The notes under the pieces: model-generated
The model's database searches: none
What the model was told of the DNA's origin: nothing
The model's input: the letters and a program-made list of their open reading frames with translations, nothing else
Position numbers and translations under genes: made by a program
NCBI RefSeq assembly: GCF_001194135.2
Contig: NC_068982.1
Span: forward strand, 131,440,558-131,474,796
Direction: 5' to 3'
Source: Octopus bimaculoides
Taxonomy: Eukaryota
Length of the DNA stretch: 34,239 bases
Part shown: positions 10,483-22,487 of the stretch, piece by piece
Layout: the number at the start of each line of letters is the position of its first letter
Position numbering within the stretch: position 1 is the first letter of the stretch

Positions 10483-12225
10483 AATGCGCTTATATTTCTT
10501 TAACCGTTTTCCTTTCTTGATGGATATCTTACTCGAAGTATAAAGAGTTATTCATAAGTTAACACTCAAATATCTTATTACTTTAATATTTACACATTCT
10601 TTCACATGCAAAAGTCTTTACACACCAACTCAATTTAAACACGCACACACACGCTCTCTCCCTCTCTCTCTCTCTCTCACACACACAAACACACAAAGAT
10701 AGATGGATAAAGATAAATTGTTGTTAGCTACTAAGAGCAAAATTATTTGTTCTGGCTGCGTGCTGCTCCAATATAAAACGAAGTAGGATATTTAGCTTTC
10801 ATTAACACACTTATTTACTGATAAATGTTATAATAATTACTTTATATAAACCGTTATGCCGACTACAAGTAGTTAGTGTGTAAGAGGAGTAAATATTGCG
10901 TTCGCATTTGGCGACAATAGAAAGATGTTTAGTTTTAGTGCTTGGCGAGATATGAAAATGTATGTTTGACGAGTGGACTTTTTTCAACACGTGGTCAGCG
11001 TGCTATGACTGCTAGTTGATCTCCCCACAAACCCCTCTGCGGTTCTTTGCGAGTGCTTTCTCTCCTCTCTCCTCCTCTGTGAGTGTTCTCTCTCTTCTGC
11101 ATTGTATTTCCAGTGCATCTCAATTTACGACCATGATATGGTGCGAAACTGCATGGAATTTTCCATTACTCCTAACACCGAAACAAATGCTCCAGAACAA
11201 CAATCGGTTGAAATACAGGCTAAGATTACTCGATAAGGACTGACATTGACAAATATAGAAACTGACATGCTGTTGCCCTTTTCTGGTTACAGAACTGATA
11301 AGGTTTCGAATGCTAAATACTGCTACAATATTTTGTCTTTGCTATTCGTAATAGCTTCTTATTTACTGTACAAGAAATCTCCGCTCTTCTTAGTTTCCAG
11401 GACTACATGAAAATGAAGTATATTTCTCGCGTCAGAATTAATTTTTTTCAGGATCAAAAAGTGAATCTTTGTCAAAAACCTTAGTGTCTTTTAAGAGTAA
11501 AAAAGGGCAAATGTTTTTATGACCTCTAATTTCAGTGCTCGCCAAGTCATACATAAACTCGATGGCTTGCACAAAAGATTGTTCCCCTTGCAAAGATGAG
11601 TTCCTAAAGATGTTTTTCTTGTAAAAAAAAAAAAAAACTCTCTTGATACACTTCCATGGTATCTCTTTTCTCAATGTGGTTCTTCACTAAACTTTACACC
11701 TCTTCAACTAAGACAAAATTATATACGACAAAGAAGGCCGTAGTTTTGTTGGCCAGTTTCTGTCTTTTGCATATTCTGTTAATTACTCTAATCCTTTTCG
11801 ATTAAAATTCGATGTACCTAAGTAATGATCAGCAATACTTTGCTCACGTTAATTAGGAATTTAATTAAAATATTTGGTGGATCAAAGTTCAATGGTGACA
11901 ACATTACTCAAGATAATTTATTGTGTCTAGCAGGCACTGCACACGTTCATTAATGGTTTTATTTTGAAAGGAAAAACATTCGTTTTCTGGCAAGGAAACT
12001 ACATACCTTTGACAAGAAAAGTATTTTCCTGGGTTTCCGTTTCCAGTGATTTATGAAAGTGAAAATATGGCATTTTAGTCATATTTTCTACATGAAATGT
12101 TATATTTTCAACAACGTTGAAATGTTAACCGTTTTAGTGATGATGTCGGAAAATGGCATGATTTCCAAGCGATGATCCGAACTACACAAATGCGTCTGCA
12201 CTTAAATTAAACACACACACCACAC

Positions 12226-12268
<43 letters not shown>

Positions 12269-12889
12269 AACACATCAAAAATATTGGCGGACTTATGCGA
12301 CATAAACCTNNNNNNNNNNCGCCTAACTTGCTTTCATCTAATATTTTTGGGATAAATTTCCCTACGACTCAAAAAAAAAAAAAAAACCCCAAAAAACAGA
12401 AAGCGAGCGAACAATAATTTTTCATTTCATTTCTAATAAAATTTTTAGGCATCCCTCATAGCCTTGTTTTTGATTACGCAATTAACATTAACTTTTCAAT
12501 TTTTGATATTTTTCCAATTTTTTTTACTGCACTAGGGTATTAAAACAAGATAGTACGACTTACATTTATGGTTACGGTTTTAGAGGTTGAGGATAAGGGA
12601 TGAGGATAAGAGTTAGCATTCAGGGTTAAGGTTTGGGCTCAGAGTTAAAACTAGTATTCAGGATTAGAGGTCAAGGTTAACGTTTAATATTTACGATAAG
12701 GGTTAGTTTCAAGTTAGGCTGTAATGTTTAGGATTGGAGTTACACACAATGAAGAAATATTTGAAAATATTTAATTTAGATTTTTTTTACCCATAGTTTT
12801 AATCTTCAATACTTAAAACATAGAAATGAAAAGGTACTGGGGTTGAAGCTTATTGCTCAACTCTACCATATATTGTATATCGATCTATA

Positions 12890-13150
12890 AAAAAAAAATA
12901 AATGCGCCCTTTTAAAGCCTAGCCAGGATCATGAGCCCGGTTTCCCGGTTTCAATGGCGTATGTGTTTCCTAGCTGGACGGGACGCCAGTCCATCGTAGC
13001 GTTACTCATTTTTGCCAGCTGAGTGAACTGGAGCAACGTGAAATGAAGTATTTTGCTCAAGAACACAATGCGTCGCGCGGTCCAGAAATCGAAACCACAA
13101 TCTTACGTTCATGATGCTGACACCCTAACCACTAAGCCACGCGCCTCCAC
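12890..13150 (-). mobile_element. Full-length tRNA-derived SINE, family C, with 13-bp TSD
   Basis: Minus-strand head GTGGAGGCGCGTGGCTTAGTGGTTAGGG...GGTTTCGATTTC has A and B boxes. ATATCGATCTATA occurs at 12877-12889 and 13151-13163. Confidence 0.9.
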
Positions 13151-14197
13151 ATATCGATCTATATTTCATATAAATTGTATATGCATTATAAATACACTCA
13201 GTGGATTGTCACTGCCGGAGTAGTATCGTGATATTTCCTTTCATAGTAGTAATTAAAACGCGAGTATTACTTCGAGAAGTAAAAATTATAAAATGCCTCT
13301 TTTTGTTACAGATAACATATCAACTGCGTTCGAAGCAATTAGATTATGCAGAATTAACGAAATTATGATGATTCACATTCAGCAAAATGGTCACCAGCTG
13401 CATCCTTTATTTTCTTGACAACACCGAGTATTCTTCTAATGGATCTAACAATTTTGGATTATATTTACGGCATTTATTGTAATTTCATAATATATAATAC
13501 AACTCAGAAATGAAGTTAAAGTTAAATATAATTGACTATACATGTGGATTGAACTAGCTATCAGGACTTCACCATGATGCAAATGGTATATATGTATTTG
13601 TACACACGCACACACACACGCACACACACACACACACGCACACACACACACACAATATATATACATATATATACATAATATATATATATATAAGTATATA
13701 TCATGTGTATATATATATATTTGTATATTTGCTTCTCTCTCTCTCTCTTTCTCTCTCTCTATCTATCTATCTGTCTGTCTGTCTGTCTTTCTGTATATCT
13801 ACCTATCCATCTATCTATCTGAATCATGTGTTAACTTGCCACGAAATGTTCTGAAGTGTTGTCTGGTCGTTATGTTACAACACAGTTTATTTATGAGAAT
13901 ATGTACATATTCATAAGTATATTCATTCATATATGTGCACCAGATGATGTAGCTTCGCTTATGTAACTAACATAGATTACGAAACAGCTGTCAATTAATG
14001 GAATAAACATCAGCTCTTTCACTTCTCTTCTCTTTTTCTTACATACTCTCCATCATTGTGATTCCTGGATTTTCAGAACGACGGCAAGATTTCATCCTGG
14101 CCTTAACCACCGTCTTTCTCGATAACCACACACCAAGCGGGAAGCTTACTGTAAGCTCTGTTTGATTCTTTGAATCCCTATCCGTAGTATCTATCTA

Positions 14198-14234
<37 letters not shown>

Positions 14235-14279
14235 GCGCGCGAGTATCTCTGTGAAAATTTATATTGTGTGTGTATGTGC

Positions 14280-14313
<34 letters not shown>

Positions 14314-15044
14314 GTATACGCATATGCATGTATATATGTGTATATAGAGGTATGTATATATATATGTATGCATGAACGCATGTTTAATGGAACGTAAGTA
14401 TACATACATATATGCAGATATGTAATTATATACACATATATACATACACATATATTCACACATATGTAATATACGCATGTATGTAGGGATATGCATACGT
14501 ATATATATATTTGTGCTTGCCTGAGTGGGTGTACGTGTAGGTGGTGTGTGTGAGTATGTGTGTATATGTATATTAATACAAAAAAAATATTTGCTACGCT
14601 AGTATTGATTTCGGATAAATTTCCCACACTAGCGGCATCATACTTTTTGGATCCATGTCATAAATAATGCGCTGTGGTAATTAGGCAGCGTTAATTACGA
14701 TGTCATTGCAGATGTCTGTTGTAGGCATCTCTTTTGTTAAGTCTTTTTAGCCATTATTATTAGAAGCCAGGCATATCGAAAGCATAAGCTTCCTATTTAT
14801 TCGTTCTATTTTTATATTCTCAGTAATTATAATCAATTTATCATCTGTTTAGTTATTAGTTATATTATTTTTTGCCATGATTGTTATTTATTTGTTTCTG
14901 TTCTTGACTCAAAGATGATATTAGAAGAAAAAATAAAGAAGCAAGTACAAAAATATAAGTAATAATTTCTTTTGCTTTGGCACAAGAATTCTCTGCTTAC
15001 CTTTTGTGTGTGCGCGCGTGTGAGTATGCATAATTTTTTTTTCA

Positions 15045-15253
15045 GCTTCAAGGGGGCTAAACATAGAGGGAACAAACAAGGTGTTTAAGTCGATCACATC
15101 GATTCCAGTGCGTAACTGGTATTTATTTAATCGACCCCGAAAGGATGAAAGGCAAAGTCGACCTCGGCGGAGTTTGAACTCAGAACGTAACGGCAGACGA
15201 AATACCGCTACGCATTTCACCCGGCGTCCTAACGATTCTGCCAGCTCGCCTCC
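15045..15253 (-). mobile_element. SINE family B (tail type 2)
   Basis: Minus strand GGAGGCGAGCTGGCAGAATCGTTAG...GTTCAAACTCCGCCGAGGTCGACTTTGCCTTTCATCCTTTCGGGGTCGA...CCCTCTATGTTTAGCCCCC. Confidence 0.88.
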
Positions 15254-15574
15254 CAAACATTGATGACCTGGTGGCCATCAATGAATCTAAAATGTATAGT
15301 GTTGCATGATAATTGGCAATTGCTAGTCTTCAGCTAAAAACAAAAGAATCTTGATCAGGCTGGTGCATATACGTGTAGATATATATAGTCTGTCAGACCA
15401 ACGGGGTTCTAGATATTGAAGTCTTACGTAAAACAAGGCTAAGTTAATTTTATAATGGATATTATTTATATTGCTTAGATGGAAGAAAAAGGCAATATCA
15501 ACGAACGCCTCCGAGACTGATAAGTTGTGTGGAAAGAGGAAAAGATTCTCCTTCCATACTTACAACATGCATGG

Positions 15575-15690
15575 CTATGTGGTTCTGGGTTCAATACTGT
15601 GAAGAACTTTAAGCAATTGTCTCCCACCACACACTTGGGTCAAACAAAGCTTTGTGAAGGAAATTTGAAATTTAGGAGATGGACAATTTG
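15575..15690 (+). mobile_element. Degenerate family A SINE head
   Basis: ATGTGGTTCTGGGTTCAATACTG...CTTGGGTCAAACAAAGCTTTGTGA resembles the family A consensus. Confidence 0.4.
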
Positions 15691-15705
15691 CAGAGTCCCA
15701 CAGAA

Positions 15706-15766
<61 letters not shown>

Positions 15767-15767
15767 A

Positions 15768-16193
15768 ATGGAAAAAATGAAATTAAAATTGAAAAAGATG
15801 TATCCTGATATTTTTTCGAAAGAGCTCGGTATGTGTAGAAAAATTAAAGTAAAGTTTGAGTTGAAAGAAAATGCGGTGCCGATGTTCAAACCGAAAAGGA
15901 ATGTACCTTTTGCGGCGTTAAATCAAGTTGAGAAGGAATTAAAAAGATTGGAAGACATGGAAGTAATTGAAAAAGTAGACTACTCTGAGTGGGCGGCTTC
16001 TACGGTATATATAAAAAAGAACAACGAGGTAAGAGTATATGCGGACTTCTCAACTGGTCTTAATGATTGTTTAAAAGATTACAATTATCCGCTTCCAAAC
16101 CCAGAAGAAATATTTGCTAAGTGCAATGATGGGAAAATTTTTTCCAAGCTGGATTTGTCAGAGGCCTACCTCCAATTACTAGTAGTTGAATAG
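15768..16193 (+). mobile_element. Ty3/Gypsy LTR-retrotransposon pol fragment (start of RT)
   Basis: YPDIFSKELG...LKENAVPMFKPKRNVPFA...LEDMEVIEKVDYSEWAA...VRVYADFSTGLN...YPLPNPEEIFA...KIFSKLDLSEAYLQ carries Gypsy RT motifs. The ORF stops before YxDD; no LTR seen. Confidence 0.9.
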
Positions 16194-16327
16194 AGGTCAT
16201 CCGAGCGTGCGACATAACAGCGTCGATTTGATGGTGGTTATGTATGTGTGAGTGTATCTATAAATGATGAGTCAAATATACGCATTTTGTGGTGTTTGGT
16301 TCCCTCTCAGTTATATCCCTTTGCATT

Positions 16328-16801
16328 CTCTTTTACTCTTTTACTCTTTTACTTGTTTCAGTCATTTGACTGCGGCCATGCTGGAGCACTGCCTTTAGTC
16401 GAGCAATCGACCCCAGCACTTATTCTTTGTAAGCCTAGTACTTATTCTATCGGTCTCTTTTTGCAGAACCGTTAAGTTACGGGGACGTAAACACACCAGC
16501 ATCGGTTGTCAAGCGATGGTGGGGAGACAGACACAGACACACAAACATACACACACACACATATATACGCATATACGACAGGCTTCTTTCAGTTTCCGTC
16601 TACCAAATCCACTCACAAGGCTTTGGCCGGCCCGAGGTTATAGCAGAAGACACTTGCCCAAGGTGCCANNNNNNNNNNAAGGCTTTGGCCGGCCCGAGGT
16701 TATAGCAGAAGACACTTGCCCAAGGTGCCACGCAGTGGGACTGAACCCGGAACCATGTTGTTGGTAAGCAAGCTACTTACCACACAGCCACTCCTGCACC
16801 T
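16328..16801 (-). mobile_element. SINE family A, second copy, spanning a 10-N gap
   Basis: Homologous to 2035-2467 over its full length. Confidence 0.88.
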
Positions 16802-16889
16802 TTGCTTTTATCTCTTATGAGCTGATAGAATAAATACTAAAGTAAAGGGCTCAATATAATTTACTAAAGCTCATAAAACTAATGAAAGA

Positions 16890-17191
16890 TGTTGAACTTT
16901 CCCATCGAAGACGCTGTGCGAGTGTTCAGCTTTTGCCGAACGACCTGCACAAATGATTTGTTTATAGAGATCAAATGCATGTGCTGAGCATTAGCACACC
17001 CCCGCCATCAAATCGACGTTGTCTGAACAGGAGCACGATGTACCACGCGCCAGTGGGGTCGAAGCGATCGCAGAGTAACTCGAGATGAAGTGTTTTGCTC
17101 AAGAACACAATGTACCCCACCCGGTCTAGGAATCGAAACCACGATCTCACGATCGAGAGTAAAACACCCTAATCACCAGGCCCAGCGTCCT
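16890..17191 (-). mobile_element. SINE with a family C-like head and a different body
   Basis: ATGAAGTGTTTTGCTCAAGAACACAATG...GAATCGAAACCAC...ACACCCTAA is shared with 13040-13135; the remainder is not. Confidence 0.6.
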
Positions 17192-17239
17192 GATTTTTGT
17201 GAAAGAATGAAAAAGACTTATATGATAGGATGACTACAG

Positions 17240-17560
17240 CAATGATGATGACGATAATGATGATGATGACGACGACGACGACGACGACGACGATGATGAT
17301 GTCAGCAGTCGCGGTGATGTAGACTATGAAAGCAATAATAATATCTGTGAGGATGAGGATGAGGATGATGGTGAAGATGAAAACGTTAATGATGAGGACA
17401 GCTATAATAATGACGATGATTATTAAGTTGATGATGATGATGATGGTGATGATGGCGGTGGTGGTTGTGATGATGATAAGGATTATAACAGTGATGAAGA
17501 GGAAGATTCAGGCGACAAGAATGCTGGTGTTAACGAGGACACTAATGATGAAAATGACAT
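17240..17560. repeat. (GAT)/(GAC) degenerate triplet array
   Basis: Directly visible. Confidence 0.85.
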
Positions 17561-18206
17561 TGCTGACTGTAGCATCAACTTTGCCAGTTACAAGAAAATT
17601 GATTTTCAAAGACAGGGAGATTGAAATCTAGAAAAATAAAACTTAATAACAATTCTTTTTATTAATTCTTTTTTATTAATTCCTTTTTTTTTTATTAAAT
17701 ATGAAATAAATTTCCAATATATTGTTTTATTGATAAGACGATTTTGTTGAAAGAAACCCCTTAATGTGAAAATAAATACAAAAAGAAAGAAACTAATCGA
17801 AGCAACTGACAGCTTCAAGGTTTTTGCTAAGTACTAGAATCTGATTCTTGATTGAATCTAAAGTGCAAGAAAATTTTGAATTTTAGATAGCGTCAGTTCA
17901 AACTAACACATGTAGTGACAAAGAACACGTTGGATTTAGGAATGATTATAAATGCCCCTAAAGATGAAATTTGTTCCAACATTTGGTTGAGATTAAAACT
18001 TGAAATTTTATTTAAAAAAATAGTTGAGAGAAGAAGAAACTATTTACAAAATGAAGAAAAATGCAGTGGACGAGAGAACTGAAACTCCAGATCAACAGCT
18101 GATGAAGGAAGTCTATCTTGTTTTGATTTTGTTTCCTATACCTTATACGTCTTTGTTGTCTCCTGTGCATACTTTCTTCACACACACACACGCACGCACC
18201 CCCCCA

Positions 18207-18296
<90 letters not shown>

Positions 18297-19143
18297 TACA
18301 TGCATATTTACATACATAATTACAGACTGCAATGACTAGTTCACAGGTTCACAGTTTTCTCACTTCTCTTCTGTTGCTATTACAACAGAAATACTAATAT
18401 TTCCACATGTTTATTCAATAGTGAGGCGTAGCTCATTTACTAATCCAAGTGTCTGTTGTGAGTGTTATATTCTTTAATGCAATTAACAGGTTTTGATTCA
18501 CAGCGATGTCAAAATTCTTTCCAGTCATCTAGCTTGTTGTCATTGGTCGGGTGTAACTTTGTAAAAGACTGGGGAATGCACAAAGCCCTAAAGTTTACAG
18601 AAACCAGAACCGCCATCTAGTTGCTTTGAGAATTGTCATAAAGAAGGAAAACTTGAAGCAGTAACAAAATGAAACTTCAGCTTCAAATTAATAGATAAAC
18701 TCTGTTACACGTACTAAGTACTTGTTTCTCTTCTTTGTATATCAATTGCATGAACATAAACATGTACATACATACATACATACATACATACATACATACA
18801 TACATACATACACACATACAAACACTTCTATGTGTATGTGAAGTGTAGATAGCCCAGGATGAATGTCAATTTTAATCAGGTTAATTTGATAACCTTGAAA
18901 GCAGACATAGTTGAAAAGAAAGCATTTAAAAAACTTCGTGATGATCAAATGTTATGTTTTCATGAGAAATGAAATAGTTCTGGAGACAAAGAAGCTACTA
19001 CAGTATACAGATGAAGAAATGAAGAGCAGATGGCGATGATTGGACCAGATAAAATTTAACCTTCTTTCATATGAACTAAGAACTGCATCATATTTGGTAA
19101 ATTTTTCGAAATATATCATCTTCTGTTAGGATGGCTCGGAGGC

Positions 19144-19308
19144 ATTTCATCTGTCATTACGTTCTGAGTTCAAATTCCGCTGAGATCGACATTACCTTTC
19201 ATTCTTTCGGGGTCGATAAAATAACTAGCAATCGAGTACTAGAGTCGACGTAATCGACTTGCAACTTCTTCCAATTTCAGGCCTTGTGCTTATAGTAGAA
19301 AGGATTAT
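19144..19308 (+). mobile_element. SINE family B, 5'-truncated (tail type 1)
   Basis: GTTCTGAGTTCAAATTCCGCTGAGATCGAC...TTTCGGGGTCGATAAAATAA...AATTTCAGGCCTTGTGCTTATAGTAGAAAGGATTATT. Confidence 0.8.
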
Positions 19309-19739
19309 TTTGATCCATAAAAGAATAGGAAGAAATTGGTTTATCGTTACAAATATCCTTCCACAGATTATTTTAAATATTTTTTGTTTTACTTTTGGAA
19401 CCTAATGAAAAATTCCGTTTACTTATCACACCAATGAGAAAACGGAATCTTTGAAACTAAATGTTATAATTACTTATTAAATGCTATATTTACTTACTAA
19501 ATGTTATATTTACTTATTAAAAATAAAATGCTAAAGATAAATGTTGAGTTATTTTATAGAAGAAAAAGAAGAGAGCAATGTAGAACATAGGAGCGGCTGT
19601 AAAGAGGAAATTTGCAACATGAAACCTTCCACATACCAATTACTTACAAGCTGCAACCAATTAACATTAGGAATTGTAAGAGAAATAAATAAAATAAAAC
19701 GTAGTTCAATTCAACAATGACTTAGTTATAGTTAATCTT

Positions 19740-20320
19740 ATCTCTAATCCTTTCTTCCCTTCTCTAGGAAAACGCTTCCCCTCGCAACGTAGAATTTTAA
19801 ACAAAATATTACAAAATGATCCCATCACATTGCTCCTAACTTCGCACAAACCTTACCATCAGCTACAAAAGTTCAACATAACCTATTATGCTAATATATA
19901 CCGGAACACTATTTGAAAATACATTATTCTAGTAATTGTCCCTACACCATAAATGTCTATATAATGTTATAGTCTACCGATGCAATGTTGTCCTTAATAA
20001 CTCAATGAACATTTGTATGCGTTCCATTTCTACACTCTTTAAACTATGCTACAATAACCACACTCACTCATTTCGTAAACAAGATAAAAAAAAACGTTAC
20101 AGTTTATTTTGTAGCTAAAAGAGAATAATGCTAACTGCATATGAAAACAGAAAATAGTATTAAGAGTCAAGGACAGTATTCTGGTAAGAAGAGATCGTAC
20201 TATTTCTGCCTGAGAATAATCTTAGTCATCTCAATCGCTAACAGAAATCTACATTAGCAAAAAGATCTCCTCCTGTAAACATAAGACCTCAAAATTCTAT
20301 CTCCGCTACAAACTGAAAAC
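19740..20320 (+). mobile_element. Decayed Penelope-like element, GIY-YIG endonuclease region
   Basis: Across frameshifts: NCP/LHHKCLYNVIVYRCNV, then ICMRSISTLFKLCYNNHTHSFRK, then QYSGKKRSYYFCLRIILVI, then ISSCKHKT. This follows the PLE pattern CPL..KCL...VVY.C / YIG.T...FK.RY.NH..SF / Y....RC.LCL.EK / SKCRHK. Confidence 0.62.
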
Positions 20321-21813
20321 TTTACTCTGAAGATAGCAAATAATTCACCCACGAATTTAAACCCTTGTTGCACCGGCTGTAATAGAAGCATTTACTTCTA
20401 TGAAACTTTTACTATCTATCACTAATTTTTAAAAACCTTTCTTGACCTAATAGGTTTTTATTTAACATACTTCCTTTGGCTTTAATTGCCTTAGTACTTC
20501 AACTTTTATCATTTCTGCAAGTTGAAATCTAAATACCTCTTACTATTACCGTTCCATCCCTCCTGATATAGTGCATATTCTCTTAGTTTTCTTCCTTTTA
20601 TTTAACTGCCTTTTTCTTTCAGATTCCCAATACGAAGATTTAATTACATTTTTTGTCAACGTAGTTTATTTAGTAACATTAATGTTGTCTTTTATACTCC
20701 AGATTTTTTAATTTCATTTTATTAATAATTTAACAGTTATTCTTTAAAACTATCTCTTTCAAATTAATACTCTTTATTGCCATTTACTTTGTTTTTAACT
20801 ATATTTACTTAATCATTTCTTCTGCATTACTCCTTTAATCTCACGCTTTCATCCCAGCACTTCTCAGTTTGTATTTCTACGCTTCTCATTTCTCTCTCCT
20901 TTATCTATATATTTCCAAGACCTCTTTGGTTATAAAATATTTTCTTTCTGACATCTTTTCTCTTTCAGAAAGATAGAATCCAATTTGATTGCATATTAAT
21001 TAATTTTTAAATTCTGGATTATAGATGCTTTTTACTTAGTTAATTATTTATAGCTTTTGTAAATTTTTATGCAATTCATCTCACTCTAATTTACAAGTAA
21101 AACCTATATTGAGGCCCTTGTTCCCTTTTTAAGAGATAATTATCAAGTTATCAAGATTATAGTTCCCATACCCCCCCCCCCCNNNNNNNNNNNNNNNNNN
21201 NNNNNNNNNNNNNNNNNNCCCCCAATATCCTTTTACGTCCAACTGCAGTGTTCTTATAATTAATTATAAATCCGTCCGTGCTTTAGTTCCCGGTATGGTT
21301 CTCCTTTCCCTCCCTGGTAACTATACCTCTTCCTTTGATACACTCTTCTCCCTTTCAATTCAAGATGATATAAAATTTCTTTATCTCCTCTATGTATTTT
21401 TAGTATACTTGCGTATTCTAACTATGAATTCCGTTAAGATGAAGAAAAATACCTTAATTGTTTAAAAACCACGTTTCGAGTGAAACATATGACCATCTAA
21501 AAAAAGATTAATTAATTTTATTTAATGGAATACATATTATTCATCTTGAGTCCTACCTCTATTTGAAAGAGACTTTTCGTTCATAATTAGCATTATATAT
21601 ATGGCGCAATAAGGGATTATGCAAATGACAAGAGAACAAGAAATTATGTAATGAACTGCATTAGGTGATGTAACGAAGTTCATTACATTATTTCTTGTTC
21701 CCTTGTTATGTATATAATCTCTCTTATTACGCTCTGTATTCGACTAATGCTTTTCTCTGAAGTATTTGTATTTTGAGTTCTAACACCAGGTATTAATACT
21801 GCTATGATATATA

Positions 21814-22318
21814 NNNNNNNNNNNNNNNNNNNNNNNNNNNNNNNNNNNNNNNNNNNNNNNNNNNNNNNNNNNNNNNNNNNNNNNNNNNNNNNNNNNNNNN
21901 NNNNNNNNNNNNNNNNNNNNNNNNNNNNNNNNNNNNNNNNNNNNNNNNNNNNNNNNNNNNNNNNNNNNNNNNNNNNNNNNNNNNNNNNNNNNNNNNNNNN
22001 NNNNNNNNNNNNNNNNNNNNNNNNNNNNNNNNNNNNNNNNNNNNNNNNNNNNNNNNNNNNNNNNNNNNNNNNNNNNNNNNNNNNNNNNNNNNNNNNNNNN
22101 NNNNNNNNNNNNNNNNNNNNNNNNNNNNNNNNNNNNNNNNNNNNNNNNNNNNNNNNNNNNNNNNNNNNNNNNNNNNNNNNNNNNNNNNNNNNNNNNNNNN
22201 NNNNNNNNNNNNNNNNNNNNNNNNNNNNNNNNNNNNNNNNNNNNNNNNNNNNNNNNNNNNNNNNNNNNNNNNNNNNNNNNNNNNNNNNNNNNNNNNNNNN
22301 NNNNNNNNNNNNNNNNNN
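21814..22318. other. Assembly gap (505 N)
   Basis: N run flanked by TA-rich sequence. Confidence 1.
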
Positions 22319-22434
22319 TATATAATTTTCTGTAATAATGCCCTTTATATAAATATATATATATATATACATGTATATATATTGTATATACATATATATT
22401 ATATGTTTATCTATGTATAAATATACTTTTACCA

Positions 22435-22487
<53 letters not shown>

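Noticed and set aside
10988-11243. CACGTG E-box, CT tract and TTTCCAG acceptor as a plus-strand promoter or exon
   Set aside because: No consensus donor follows, the reading frames close early, and the peptides are unrecognisable.
13080-13150. tRNA-like A/B boxes as tRNA genes (also 2400-2467 and 16730-16801)
   Set aside because: These are SINE heads continuous with SINE bodies; no full cloverleaf is apparent.
14040-14160. Minus-strand exon (cag...GAGAGTAT|gtaag) of the GPR158-like gene
   Set aside because: Peptide LTVSFPLGVWLSRK... has no family similarity, and its phases do not fit the 0-0 junction.
16617-16730. 52-bp tandem duplication inside the SINE
   Set aside because: Identical copies on each side of a 10-N gap indicate an unmerged contig overlap.
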